A stretch of 64,000 nucleotides of DNA from an uncultured virus (IMG/VR IMGVR_UViG_3300033141_001977) (IMGVR_UViG_3300033141_001977); one strand, 5' to 3'. Positions 39,417 to 48,849 are shown, counted from the stretch's first letter. Numbers and translations: made by a program. The notes: generated from the letters alone by a model not told the origin.

Positions 39417-39658
39417 TGGCAGATAGCGAAATGCAGATGCGGCTCGCGGTGCGCATCAAGAGCCTTATGAAGGCAGACCAGATACTACTCGGCCTCCGTT
39501 GGCAGGAGGGGCTGACCGTCTCGGAGGTTGCACAGGTGTTAGAAAGACCGGAAGACAGCATCCGCGCAGAGTTGGATAATCTATATAGAAAACTATTCAA
39601 GGGACTTGAAGGAGAAGAAACGTATGACACAAAGGATATACAGACGATACACCATTGA
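39413..39658 (+). CDS. sigma-70 region 4-like HTH protein
   Basis: ILLGLRWQEGLTVSEVAQVLERPEDSIR. Confidence 0.7.
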   Translation: MMADSEMQMRLAVRIKSLMKADQILLGLRWQEGLTVSEVAQVLERPEDSIRAELDNLYRKLFKGLEGEETYDTKDIQTIHH

Positions 39659-40025
39659 CCCGGTGCTTGCTGCGGCAACAGGGACTGGCAAGCTCTCGTT
39701 AGGGCACAAGGCGGGGATGATACGGCAGATAGCTGCTGCATGTGACTCAACCGACTTCGACCTACGGCTCGGCACAAAGACTGCGTTTGCCGATGACGAC
39801 ATATCTCAGGTCTTTCGCAGCCTGACGATCAACAAATGGCTCGTTGACAATGACCAGCCGGTATTCTTTCACAACACGTATGCAGCGGAGCCGGCTGATT
39901 GCCTCACCGAGCTATATTACAGGGTGAAGAATGACGACGGGGTCACGACGGGCGATATTGAGCTGATATTGACCATCGACATTGAGCCGGCCGTACTGGA
40001 GAGCGGGACTGCTACTGCGGACTAG
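39606..40025 (+). CDS. hypothetical protein
   Basis: Last rightward ORF; its stop overlaps the groES stop. Confidence 0.55.
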   Translation: MKEKKRMTQRIYRRYTIDPVLAAATGTGKLSLGHKAGMIRQIAAACDSTDFDLRLGTKTAFADDDISQVFRSLTINKWLVDNDQPVFFHNTYAAEPADCLTELYYRVKNDDGVTTGDIELILTIDIEPAVLESGTATAD

Positions 40026-40642
40026 TCTCCGAATACTCCGAGCACTTGATCACGGTCGAGCATCAGGTGCTCATGCCCGTCAAGCGTTAGCCTGATGCCT
40101 GCGCTCTGCGAGAACATTATGCGGCTGCCTTTGGTGAACTCGTTATCGGCTGGCTCGCCGTTGAGCATCACCTTCCCGAATGCTATCACCGTGCCTGAGC
40201 TTGCCCGGCGTCTGGCCTTGTTAGGGATGATGATCCCGCCAGCGCTTGTCCCTTCTGGCGCGTCAACGGTAACAAGCAGCCGGTCGTAGAACGGGGCGAA
40301 CTCTTTGGTTCCGTCTGTGCCCTCTCGTATTTCTCCGTGGATGCCACGCACCGAGATAATCACGTATTTCTCGCCCTCCAATTCACACGGCATTGCGCCG
40401 GCTCTGGTATAAGCGACCTTCATACCAGTCCGTGCCAGCATCTTGACGAATGGCGTGAACGGTCTGTCCTCCTGTCGTGCGAGGTCGTAGCGCGTCTCAT
40501 AGACGGTGCAATCATGGCCGACAGCAACGACTGTGCCGGCCATCGACGCATCTTGGGCGCTCTCTGGGATATGGATGTGCCCTTTCATTGAGGCGCGCTC
40601 GCCAGGACGGATCAGCACAAGGTCTCGCGCGGGTTTAAGCAT
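40022..40642 (-). CDS. groES: co-chaperonin with two tandem GroES/Cpn10 domains
   Basis: LKPARDLVLI..HIPESAQ..GTVVAVG, then FAPFYDRLLV..TSAGGIIIP..GTVIAFG..QVLGV. Confidence 0.85.
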   Translation of the reverse strand: MLKPARDLVLIRPGERASMKGHIHIPESAQDASMAGTVVAVGHDCTVYETRYDLARQEDRPFTPFVKMLARTGMKVAYTRAGAMPCELEGEKYVIISVRGIHGEIREGTDGTKEFAPFYDRLLVTVDAPEGTSAGGIIIPNKARRRASSGTVIAFGKVMLNGEPADNEFTKGSRIMFSQSAGIRLTLDGHEHLMLDRDQVLGVFGD

Positions 40643-40832
40643 TAGTCATTCTCCTATGTCTGTCGTTAGTGGATAGAATTGTCCACACTTGTTGATAAGT
40701 ATAGGCAATTCTATACATATTATCTTCACTGCCCCTTATCTTCACGACACCGAACTTTTAGCCACATCACATCGCCCACTAGGAGCAAGATGTAGGCTGC
40801 GACCCCGAACTCCACGGCGTATTCAGATAGCA

Positions 40833-41105
40833 TTAACACTCAGATAGCAGAATAATCGCTTTGTCAAACATCTTTACGCCGGCTGCCCAAGTATCGGGCG
40901 GCTGTATTTCTACCCACTCGTGGCGGCACGTCTCGCATCGATGGCGAGTTAGGCTACCGTCATAAAATCCTCCGCGCCCTTCGCCACAATGGGCTGTAAA
41001 TTGCGCGTCATAGGTTTTAGATATAATCTTGTTCATCTCGCCACACCAGTAGCAGATTGGATCGTCCCAGCTGTGCTTCTTCTTGTCTGTCATTTTACAG
41101 CCCAC
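40833..41105 (-). CDS. zinc-ribbon hypothetical protein
   Basis: CYWCG..CETCRHEW. Confidence 0.5.
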   Translation of the reverse strand: MGCKMTDKKKHSWDDPICYWCGEMNKIISKTYDAQFTAHCGEGRGGFYDGSLTRHRCETCRHEWVEIQPPDTWAAGVKMFDKAIILLSEC

Positions 41106-41170
41106 ATTTCAATTTTATACCCATCATAAGGGGGGGCGATCCCACCTTTCACGTCTCGTTGTTTTCATTC

Positions 41171-41524
41171 TTATTCTCTATAGTGAGAAGGAATGTATAT
41201 CGTGCCAGGCCCATTACACACTTTGCATACATCCAGATACAACGCCAGCAGGTCGCAATAGTTGGCCATGTCGATAACAGAATCTAACACCGGCTCGTTC
41301 TTTGGCGGCGTGCGTTGCTCAAACAGGTTTGCCAGTCGCGTCAACTTAACCGCGATCATCGAGAGTATCGTCTGCTCCGGTTTCCGCAAAGTGGCTCCTG
41401 CCATCGCCTTGAAGTTCCAGAACCTGTCCTCTGGCCGGGCGTAGTCATCGGACTTGCCACGCATCAAGGCTAGCTTCCGCTGCTGCAAGTCGGCGAATGC
41501 TGTCTCAAACTCTGCCCAGTTCAT
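41171..41524 (-). CDS. nucleotide-modification-associated domain protein (DUF1599-like)
   Basis: KSDDYA..NF..KLTRLANL..NEPVLDSVIDMANY. Confidence 0.75.
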   Translation of the reverse strand: MNWAEFETAFADLQQRKLALMRGKSDDYARPEDRFWNFKAMAGATLRKPEQTILSMIAVKLTRLANLFEQRTPPKNEPVLDSVIDMANYCDLLALYLDVCKVCNGPGTIYIPSHYRE

Positions 41525-42784
41525 TCATCTTCCCTCACCATGACCCCGCGGGGGTATAATAGGCGGTCTGTGGTGTCTGTCATAGGTCTCTCCCTTCGTC
41601 TTTCCCATATCCAAAACTGTGTCTGCCGAATCCCACAGTTCGGACTCCGGCGCTACAACAAATATCGTGCCACGTCTTTTCGCTAGTCGCTTCAACATCG
41701 CCCCCAGCCGGTCCAGGGTTTCACCATCCATCATCGATAGATCTGACGCCACATCGTAATAAGCAACATGATCATTCTCGCCCACCACGTCCGCTAATGC
41801 AAATGCTGACGCAAATTGGATACATACCCGGTCGGTATGGTTGAACCGGTCCGGCGGGGGGGACAGAACGATTGCTGCCCCATGATGGGTGAACTCTATC
41901 TGTATAGGCGGTCTCAGCTGCCAAAGATACATCCACAGCCGGGCGTTCAAACACTTGCAGATGTGGTTCAAGCGTTTGGCCGGTATCGCCGAGCCGTATG
42001 CAGTATGCCAGAACTTGTATATCTTGTGCTGCCTCTCCAGCGCCTCGATTTCCTTGTCAACATCTGCTATCCGCGTCTCGCAAGCACGCTTTGCCTCAAG
42101 TTGTATCTTGAAGGCGGCCTCAGCTATGCTCAGCCCTTCCCCGCCGGTGCTGGCGGTGGCCTTTGCACGGTCCACTTTGTCGTATGCTAGGCGGATAGCC
42201 TGCTGAAATGTCCTCAGCTTCCGTTGGTGGTCGAGCTTCCGGTATTGTGTCATGTTAATCTGTTTTTTCACAGCGTCGCCTAACGCTTTGGCGCGAGCGG
42301 CCCTCTTTTCCATCATCGTGCCACCGATCAACAAGGCAGTTATCAATTTACGTCTCATTATGGTGCAATTTACATAATTCTGGAAGATTGTATTGCTCGT
42401 CCAGATATGCAGACACCCTAACATCATCGGAGAACGCTCAAATGCAGAGGCCGGCTCCACGCCCTTGCGGTTGTCCTGTGATGTTGGCTCGTTATACCCG
42501 GCGGCTGTCGGGATAATTCTGACGGCGTTCCTGGCAACTATACGGTGCTCGTAAGTGGTGGTGTCAGTGACGAACTGCACCGTGGGGATGAGACCGGGTC
42601 GTTTCAACGAATTCGTGCCGCTCGCGTCCGCCATGTGGGCGCTGAACCCCCAGAATAGCGCCTTACCGAGTAATGTCTTGCCGGAACCGCGCTCGCCTGT
42701 TACCACGACCAGCCCGCTATCACTGAAATGTTTGATAGACAGGGACAGGCAGCCAAAGTTCCTGATGTTGACCTGTTTGATCAT
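41525..42784 (-). CDS. SbcC/Rad50-like ATPase, degenerate
   Basis: MIKQVNIRNF, Walker A TGERGSGKTLL, coiled coil; signature and Walker B altered. Confidence 0.7.
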   Translation of the reverse strand: MIKQVNIRNFGCLSLSIKHFSDSGLVVVTGERGSGKTLLGKALFWGFSAHMADASGTNSLKRPGLIPTVQFVTDTTTYEHRIVARNAVRIIPTAAGYNEPTSQDNRKGVEPASAFERSPMMLGCLHIWTSNTIFQNYVNCTIMRRKLITALLIGGTMMEKRAARAKALGDAVKKQINMTQYRKLDHQRKLRTFQQAIRLAYDKVDRAKATASTGGEGLSIAEAAFKIQLEAKRACETRIADVDKEIEALERQHKIYKFWHTAYGSAIPAKRLNHICKCLNARLWMYLWQLRPPIQIEFTHHGAAIVLSPPPDRFNHTDRVCIQFASAFALADVVGENDHVAYYDVASDLSMMDGETLDRLGAMLKRLAKRRGTIFVVAPESELWDSADTVLDMGKTKGETYDRHHRPPIIPPRGHGEGR

Positions 42785-43524
42785 TTGCCAGCCGATGTCT
42801 CAAAGAGTGTGCCGTCGGCGTGGTTGCAGCTTTTCATTTCGGGTGCGGGCTCGCTACTGAACTCGGCAGTCAGCCGTTTGAACACATCGCTAGCGTTCTC
42901 CGCGTGATATGCCCCCATGCCCTTAAACTTATGACAGCCGCCACAGCCCGCCCACAACCACTTGATGTCCCACAGCAAGGCCCGCAGTTTTACGATCCGC
43001 TTGAATAGAGATTTGTTTGCCGTAGATTGAAGGTGGGCGATCTCTTTTGCCAGCGAGCAGATTGTCCCGGCCATATCCCTGCCTACGGGATAGCCCTTCC
43101 ATGTCTCAAGGCCGGCGTTAGGGTTTCGTGTAGCCCGTCTCTTAATCTCGACTAGCGGCAATTTCGTCCAGCCGTTTATCGCCTTTGGATGGTGCGACAG
43201 CAACCCCTTGCCTTTGTATTTGGCGTCCTGCATCAACAATAGGATTTTGTCAGTGAGCTTGGCGGGAACAATGTAGTAGAATAAGTGTGGGGCGTTTTGT
43301 CCCCATCCGCCATAATCCAGGTTCTTGGCTTTCTTGGTGTCGGCCTTGAAGTCGGAAACTGAGACCTTGATCTCGATTTCCGTGGCGCGCCCGTCAGCGC
43401 GAATGCCGAATACATCGGGGCGTCCCCATATCGTCTCAGGGCGCTCAAACAGAATCGTATCGCAATGCTGGTCATAGCGTAACCACGCCGCCGCTATCGC
43501 CCTGAGTGCCGTTACTCCAATCAT
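42781..43524 (-). CDS. PD-(D/E)XK nuclease-like protein (MmcB-like)
   Basis: RPDV..EIEIKVSVSDFKAD..FYYIVP. Confidence 0.7.
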   Translation of the reverse strand: MIGVTALRAIAAAWLRYDQHCDTILFERPETIWGRPDVFGIRADGRATEIEIKVSVSDFKADTKKAKNLDYGGWGQNAPHLFYYIVPAKLTDKILLLMQDAKYKGKGLLSHHPKAINGWTKLPLVEIKRRATRNPNAGLETWKGYPVGRDMAGTICSLAKEIAHLQSTANKSLFKRIVKLRALLWDIKWLWAGCGGCHKFKGMGAYHAENASDVFKRLTAEFSSEPAPEMKSCNHADGTLFETSAGK

Positions 43525-43609
43525 TTGACCTTCTTGACTAGCGGGCCTAGCTCGCAACCCGCGAACGGGTTCGCGGACAATTCCGTCCATGGGATGGCTG
43601 TTTTATGTG

Positions 43610-44074
43610 TCATAATTCTACTCCCATGTCGTCGAGGGCGGCTCTAAGCTCATCGAAGTCTTTCTGTGTCTCAGGTTGATGGCGGATGAGGGCCTGGGCT
43701 ATATAGACTGCGGCATCACAAGCGATTGTATCCGCCGCCTCAATCAGCCGCTCGACCTTCGCGTCGTCATACCGAGGCGTTTCGCTGGCGTCAACAACGT
43801 GATCAGGTTTGACCTCTGGCGGTGCTACCTGCGTGCAATCGTCGAGGTTGTTGGCTATCCTACGTCTGTCGTCAGGGCACTCTTGGTGTAACATTCTTAC
43901 TCCGTCGATCATGGTGTTGGTTTTGTGGGAGGCATCAGGAACACAGCCAGACCCGTCGCATGTTCCGCAGCGGCTTTCGGGGTGTGTATGATAGCCAGCG
44001 CCGCCACATTCAGGGCATTCGACCATATTGCTGACGCCAGCAACATGGTCAACCGTGTCTTTACGTTCGCTCAT
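43610..44074 (-). CDS. CxxCxGxG zinc-finger protein
   Basis: CPECGGAG, CGTCDGSG. Confidence 0.6.
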   Translation of the reverse strand: MSERKDTVDHVAGVSNMVECPECGGAGYHTHPESRCGTCDGSGCVPDASHKTNTMIDGVRMLHQECPDDRRRIANNLDDCTQVAPPEVKPDHVVDASETPRYDDAKVERLIEAADTIACDAAVYIAQALIRHQPETQKDFDELRAALDDMGVEL

Positions 44075-44307
44075 CTCGCCACCGCCTTTATGATATATCC
44101 AGCGCCTCCACACTTACTGCACCATTCTTGACCTGGCGGGTTTGGAATGAAACCTATGCCCGTGTCGTTACACTGATCGCAATTCTCAATCACGTCATTG
44201 GAGTCATTATATGCAGGCTGGTTAACCACATCACGCAAAATGCTACGCGATATGCGACGATTGACTGATGATCTACCTGTAGGGACAATTATTGTTGATA
44301 TGCTCAT
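44071..44307 (-). CDS. CxxCxGxG zinc-finger protein flanked by 21-bp direct repeats
   Basis: CDQCNDTG, CSKCGGAG; repeats at 44069..44089 and 44302..44322. Confidence 0.6.
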   Translation of the reverse strand: MSISTIIVPTGRSSVNRRISRSILRDVVNQPAYNDSNDVIENCDQCNDTGIGFIPNPPGQEWCSKCGGAGYIIKAVAR

Positions 44308-44762
44308 CTCGCCACCGCCTTTCCGGCAACGATATGGTGAGTGAGTGCGTGTCCAACCCTTGAGATACTACCAATTCCAAATCGTTGTTCTAGACCATAT
44401 AAATCATCCCCGTAGTCAGAACCATACCCGCTACTCCATAAACCTACTGTCCACGAATGTAGATCGTTTGACCACTCCAGCATCTGAACACCAATGCTGC
44501 AATCACAATCATCGCTCGTCGTAAGCAAATCCCCTTGGCAGAACTCATCCGTTACCTGCTCGCATACTATACACCGCACATCGTCCGGGATGTTCTCAGG
44601 GTCGAGGTCGCGGAGCATGACGGCTTTAATATAACCATGGAAGCTGTTTTCCATTTGAACCCATATATCACTATTCCAAAGGTGTTTTACGCTGTTCCAA
44701 TTACCGAGTTCCCATGGGCTATTCTCAGTATCTCGCACATACACACTATATCGCTTGCTCAT
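44304..44762 (-). CDS. hypothetical protein, RD(I/L)DPENIPD family (YopX-like layout)
   Basis: Paralog of 44746..45288 and 53226..53456. Confidence 0.6.
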   Translation of the reverse strand: MSKRYSVYVRDTENSPWELGNWNSVKHLWNSDIWVQMENSFHGYIKAVMLRDLDPENIPDDVRCIVCEQVTDEFCQGDLLTTSDDCDCSIGVQMLEWSNDLHSWTVGLWSSGYGSDYGDDLYGLEQRFGIGSISRVGHALTHHIVAGKAVAR

Positions 44763-45288
44763 TTACCTCTCCGTCATTCATTACGTGTCCCCTTTTTCGC
44801 ACTACCCCATTACTAAGGCTGTCTGGGCCTTCGTGATGCAATATCAGATTGGAGACGGGATGTTCTCTCGGTTTTATGATTTCGTCGATGAGAATATGGC
44901 CGACTGGATCATCAAACTCAGATGTAACTTCCCAATGGTCAAAGATAGATAGCACGAGGGGGGCTCTACCAGCCAACGCACCGCACTTTGCTTTAATGAG
45001 GTGTACATCTTTTTCGTCTGCTACAATATCACCCTCAAAGATGCCGTCTGGGGCATCTGGTAATTGTGCACACACCACACACCGCACATCATCCGGGATG
45101 TTCTCAGGGTCAATGTCGCGGAGCAGGGCGGTTGATATGTCAGAGTAGTATCGTGGCGCTTGCATATTAGGCCACAGGGTCACATGCTCTAAGCCGGATT
45201 TTGTGAACCAAATGGTAAAGTTCTCAGTCCATTTCTTGAACGGGCTGTTCTCGTTATCCCTTACATACACGCTAAATTGCTTGCTCAT
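44746..45288 (-). CDS. hypothetical protein, RD(I/L)DPENIPD family
   Basis: MSKQFSVYVRD vs MSKRYSVYVRD; GIFEGDIV. Confidence 0.6.
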   Translation of the reverse strand: MSKQFSVYVRDNENSPFKKWTENFTIWFTKSGLEHVTLWPNMQAPRYYSDISTALLRDIDPENIPDDVRCVVCAQLPDAPDGIFEGDIVADEKDVHLIKAKCGALAGRAPLVLSIFDHWEVTSEFDDPVGHILIDEIIKPREHPVSNLILHHEGPDSLSNGVVRKRGHVMNDGEVNEQAI

Positions 45289-45878
45289 TATTTGCCCTCC
45301 GTTAGTCGTTGTTGTTCCATGACCCTGCCCCACTGCTCGTCTGACACACCATCGGGTCGGTCGGCGTCAGTGATGGTGAAAATGCTGCCGAGGATAATAG
45401 TGGGAGATGATTGTGTTATTCGCCACAATGTATCAAGATGCCTATTAGTGAAAATGAAATGCCAAGCACCCTCTAGCCACTTTACTGTACCAACACCAGC
45501 GAGAGACCCAATAGCATTATGCCTAACCCTTAGTATGTCCCCCGGATAGATCATGGCAAGGACGTAGCCAGTGCCGCCGCAGATAAGACAGTCAACTATG
45601 TTGGTATTGTTGCCGGCTTGGTTCACAAGTTGCCATTTGCCCTTGCCGTAGCACTTACTGCACACCTTCTTGCCCCAGACACCGGTCGGGCGGAGAATGG
45701 TAAGGCCCTCCATCAATTCCCATTTTTTGTTGTTGCCGTCCCAGATGTAGGTTTCCCGCCCGTCGGGTCCGATACCATCAAGGATTGGGACGTCCAATAT
45801 CATTTTGTCCTCTGGTATATACGCCCTCAGGGGCCATTGATTGCCGGGGTGTTCGCCGATTACATCTTGGATGCTCAT
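45288..45878 (-). CDS. YopX-like protein with inserted zinc finger
   Basis: LRAY..KM, PTGV..[CSKCYGKG..CLICGGTG]..IYPGDIL, ILGSIF. Confidence 0.6.
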   Translation of the reverse strand: MSIQDVIGEHPGNQWPLRAYIPEDKMILDVPILDGIGPDGRETYIWDGNNKKWELMEGLTILRPTGVWGKKVCSKCYGKGKWQLVNQAGNNTNIVDCLICGGTGYVLAMIYPGDILRVRHNAIGSLAGVGTVKWLEGAWHFIFTNRHLDTLWRITQSSPTIILGSIFTITDADRPDGVSDEQWGRVMEQQRLTEGK

Positions 45879-46672
45879 CTCACTGTTCCTCCCTTGATTC
45901 GTTCAAACGCCGAGGCCGCCGAGGCCTCGCTGATTTCGATGCCGATTGAGCGCCGGTTCATTGCCCTCGCTATGACGCTGGTTGTGCCGCTGCCGAGGAA
46001 GGGGTCAAGGACTAGGTCGCCCTCGTCCGAACAGGCCGCGATGACCCGCCGCATGTAGAGTTCGGGGATTTGGTTGGGATGACCTTTTCGGCGCTCCTTG
46101 TTGTTGCCCTGGATACGCCCTAAGCCCCTCCCATACCAAACGTCTAACGGAACCCGCTTGCCCGGCCTCCGCGTCTCTTGAGTTCGCTTGTCGTTGTATT
46201 TGGATGCCCTGTCGGTCGGCACGAGTATCGCGTCGGGGTTCCACGTGCGCCGCTTGATGTCGCGGGCGAAATACAGGGCGTGCGTGTGGCTCGATATGAA
46301 GCGAGAATCGTTGCACTGGCCGAAGCGGTAGTGCCAGATGCACCAGTTGACGAGAGTTAGGCCTTCTTCGTAGTCCGTCATAATGTTGTTCACAAGGACT
46401 GCCATGCTGTCGGGGACGTTGACCCACATTGAGCCGGTCGGCGAAAGGATGTTAAGGCAGGCCAGTATCCAGTCGGTTGTGAAATCTACGTTGTCGAGTG
46501 CCGATTTGTGGTCGTCGTATCCGATGTAATTTTGCCCGATCCCAAACGGCGGGTCGGCGAAGATCAGGTCGGCCTTGACGCCTGATGACGAAAGTTTTCC
46601 AAGAATCTCACGACAATCGCCGACGTAGATTTGTGTGTGGGGGTCAGCGAGTTGATGTGTTGGGCCGCTCAT
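45875..46672 (-). CDS. N4/N6 DNA methyltransferase
   Basis: YVGDC, ADPPF, HPNQIP, LDPFLGSGTT. Confidence 0.92.
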   Translation of the reverse strand: MSGPTHQLADPHTQIYVGDCREILGKLSSSGVKADLIFADPPFGIGQNYIGYDDHKSALDNVDFTTDWILACLNILSPTGSMWVNVPDSMAVLVNNIMTDYEEGLTLVNWCIWHYRFGQCNDSRFISSHTHALYFARDIKRRTWNPDAILVPTDRASKYNDKRTQETRRPGKRVPLDVWYGRGLGRIQGNNKERRKGHPNQIPELYMRRVIAACSDEGDLVLDPFLGSGTTSVIARAMNRRSIGIEISEASAASAFERIKGGTVR

Positions 46673-47259
46673 TCTTCCTCCAACTGTTGCAGATTTGGCA
46701 AGAGTTCAAATGTGCCGGTTTTGGTATTCGATTTAAGACTTGCGAGGTTTATGTCGCTTGCTACTTCATCCCCCCAACAGTCCCAATTATCAACCCTTGT
46801 TCTGGCAAATAACTCAATGCGCGGTTCAGGCGAAAAGCGCTCAATCAATTCACGAAACTTGTGTGGTTTCTGAGAATGTTTGGATGTTGGGGACGCCAGC
46901 CAGTTGAGAGTGGCCTTCTCGTGCCGACCTATACTTTTCGTTGCTCCACGCGATGCGATGATAAGGTGTTCGGTTGCATTTCTTGGATGGCCGCCTATCC
47001 CGTTGTTCTTGCACCATGTCCACAACATCCGATATTGAAAGCCCCAGAACTGGACTATGCCGAGCGCTTCGGGCAGGAACTGATTGGTCGTCCAGAGGTA
47101 TAGGTTGCTTAGGTCGTCCGCAATTTCTTTCACAGGCAGAGCGCATAGCTGGGCGATTGTCATCGTCCGATATTGCAGTGGCTTGGTTCCGATTGATGCA
47201 CTGCCTTGCCATTTGATAGGCCACGGCGGGTCAGCATAGATGGTCTGATAATGCTTCAT
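46669..47259 (-). CDS. MT-A70 family adenine methyltransferase
   Basis: YADPPW, LYLWTTN, HSQKP, RIELFAR, WGDE. Confidence 0.92.
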   Translation of the reverse strand: MKHYQTIYADPPWPIKWQGSASIGTKPLQYRTMTIAQLCALPVKEIADDLSNLYLWTTNQFLPEALGIVQFWGFQYRMLWTWCKNNGIGGHPRNATEHLIIASRGATKSIGRHEKATLNWLASPTSKHSQKPHKFRELIERFSPEPRIELFARTRVDNWDCWGDEVASDINLASLKSNTKTGTFELLPNLQQLEEE

Positions 47260-47608
47260 TCTTCCTCCAGTTGCCGTGTGTCCGGCAAGAGTTCAATGTC
47301 CACGTGTCCCTGCTCGTCTAGCACGGGTACCCGACAGAATGCGTCAGTATCGTCGTATGGGGATGCCCAGACCAATAGAACTATAGGTAGGGCGCATTAT
47401 CCCCCAACCCATAGAAATGGCTCATGGCGAGTGCTGTGCGTGCTCTGTGCCATTCGGCAATTGAGTTTGCATCGCCGGCATTGAAGTCGGATGTCGGCAT
47501 GTCGAGCGAGTGATATTCATGCTCAATGCCGGCGAGGCGTAGCTGCTCGCGGAGTTCCGCACATGCGCCGCAAAGTTTGCGTCCGAAAACGACGAGTTGG
47601 TCAGTCAT
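47256..47608 (-). pseudogene. glutaredoxin-like gene with a -1 frameshift near 47390
   Basis: VFGRKLCGAC; after GCG CCC the -1 frame reads LPIVLL..QLEEE* and couples (ATGA) to MT-A70. Confidence 0.5.
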
Positions 47609-47888
47609 TTATGCCCTCCTCCAGCGCACAGTCGTCGCATAGGTTACGTTGGGATAATATACTCGGCGCGGCCTCGGGACGCCCACACTTGTCGCAGAAG
47701 CAGGCCTCGGGTTCGGGCGTTTCATTGGTCGGGATTAGGTCTGATGCGTCGCGTAGGCAGTCGAGGCAGATCTCGTGTGCTAGGTCAGGATAGTCTCCGG
47801 GAGCACAATAACGGAAGCCGGGTTTCTCTTCTTTGTCGCACCAGTCGCACGCAACTATTCTTTCAACGTACTTACCCTTGAAGCTCAT
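47601..47888 (-). CDS. cysteine-rich hypothetical protein
   Basis: Four CxxC pairs. Confidence 0.55.
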   Translation of the reverse strand: MSFKGKYVERIVACDWCDKEEKPGFRYCAPGDYPDLAHEICLDCLRDASDLIPTNETPEPEACFCDKCGRPEAAPSILSQRNLCDDCALEEGIND

Positions 47889-47997
47889 TTTGGGCCTTCC
47901 TCAGCGATTGGTTGGGCCGCGCCCGCCACTGCTGTGTGCATTGGGAAATACTCTGGGGTGAGTATAGGCGGGTGCAGGGCGGACGCGGCGTTGTTGT

Positions 47998-48849
47998 TCA
48001 TTTTTGTTTCGTTTCCCCGCCCAGCAGGGCTATCAGCTTTTTCAACTCACGAGAGATATTGATATAGGCATCGCATGTTGGGGAGCCGGTTTCATTATCT
48101 CCATAAGTGGCACCGGTGTAGCCGAAGCCGGGATCGTCCTCGAAAAACTTTGCTATCTTCTCCAGCGTCGGCATCATCTGCTCGCGGAGGTGAGTCTGGT
48201 AGCGGAGTATGGTATTGCCTGTTGAGCGGTAGTTATCAAGGTGCACGTTAGCCATGATAAACAGGTCGTAAGCCATGAAAAGAATTGGGTCAGTTTCGGA
48301 TGCTATCTTTAGGCGAAGTGCTATACAGATTGCTTCACTGTATGCTATCCTATGATACCCCATCTCCACGTCCTCAATGTAGAGCAGGACTTGGGGGATG
48401 GGATTGCTTATTGTGCCCAAGCCGTTACATTTTGGACACGGGGTTAAACGGAATACGCCATCCCTCCGGCTGGCAACATAGGGGGCACCGTCTAATCCGA
48501 TAGCTTTGTAAGAGGTTCTGCCTTGTTGTTTGATGTTACAAGTGCCCCCGCAAGTCGGGCAAGGTGTATGGGAATACACCGCCAGCCACAGCGCCACGCT
48601 TTTGCTCCGGCCTCTAGGATGCTTGCCGCCTGTGCCGTTGCATACCTGACACGTAATCGTTTCTGTGTATTCTGATGGGGTTATACGCACATCTTCGCTG
48701 TCAATGTGATGCTGACCGCGCCCATTGCAGATAGGACACACATCCGCCCCCCTCATCCGGTCGACGGTGTCGGGCACGATCAAACCTTCAGACTTGGCCT
48801 TCTGGCGGATGGCTGTGCAGGCTATGGCGTCAAGGGTTTGTGTGGTCAT
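47998..48849 (-). CDS. protein with four DnaJ-type CxxCxGx(G) repeats
   Basis: CPICNGRG, CQVCNGTG, CPTCGGTC, CPKCNGLG. Confidence 0.65.
   Translation of the reverse strand: MTTQTLDAIACTAIRQKAKSEGLIVPDTVDRMRGADVCPICNGRGQHHIDSEDVRITPSEYTETITCQVCNGTGGKHPRGRSKSVALWLAVYSHTPCPTCGGTCNIKQQGRTSYKAIGLDGAPYVASRRDGVFRLTPCPKCNGLGTISNPIPQVLLYIEDVEMGYHRIAYSEAICIALRLKIASETDPILFMAYDLFIMANVHLDNYRSTGNTILRYQTHLREQMMPTLEKIAKFFEDDPGFGYTGATYGDNETGSPTCDAYINISRELKKLIALLGGETKQK

Noticed and set aside
40679..40687. DnaA box TTGTCCACA as an origin
   Set aside because: Single mismatched box; a better origin candidate lies in the initiator gene.
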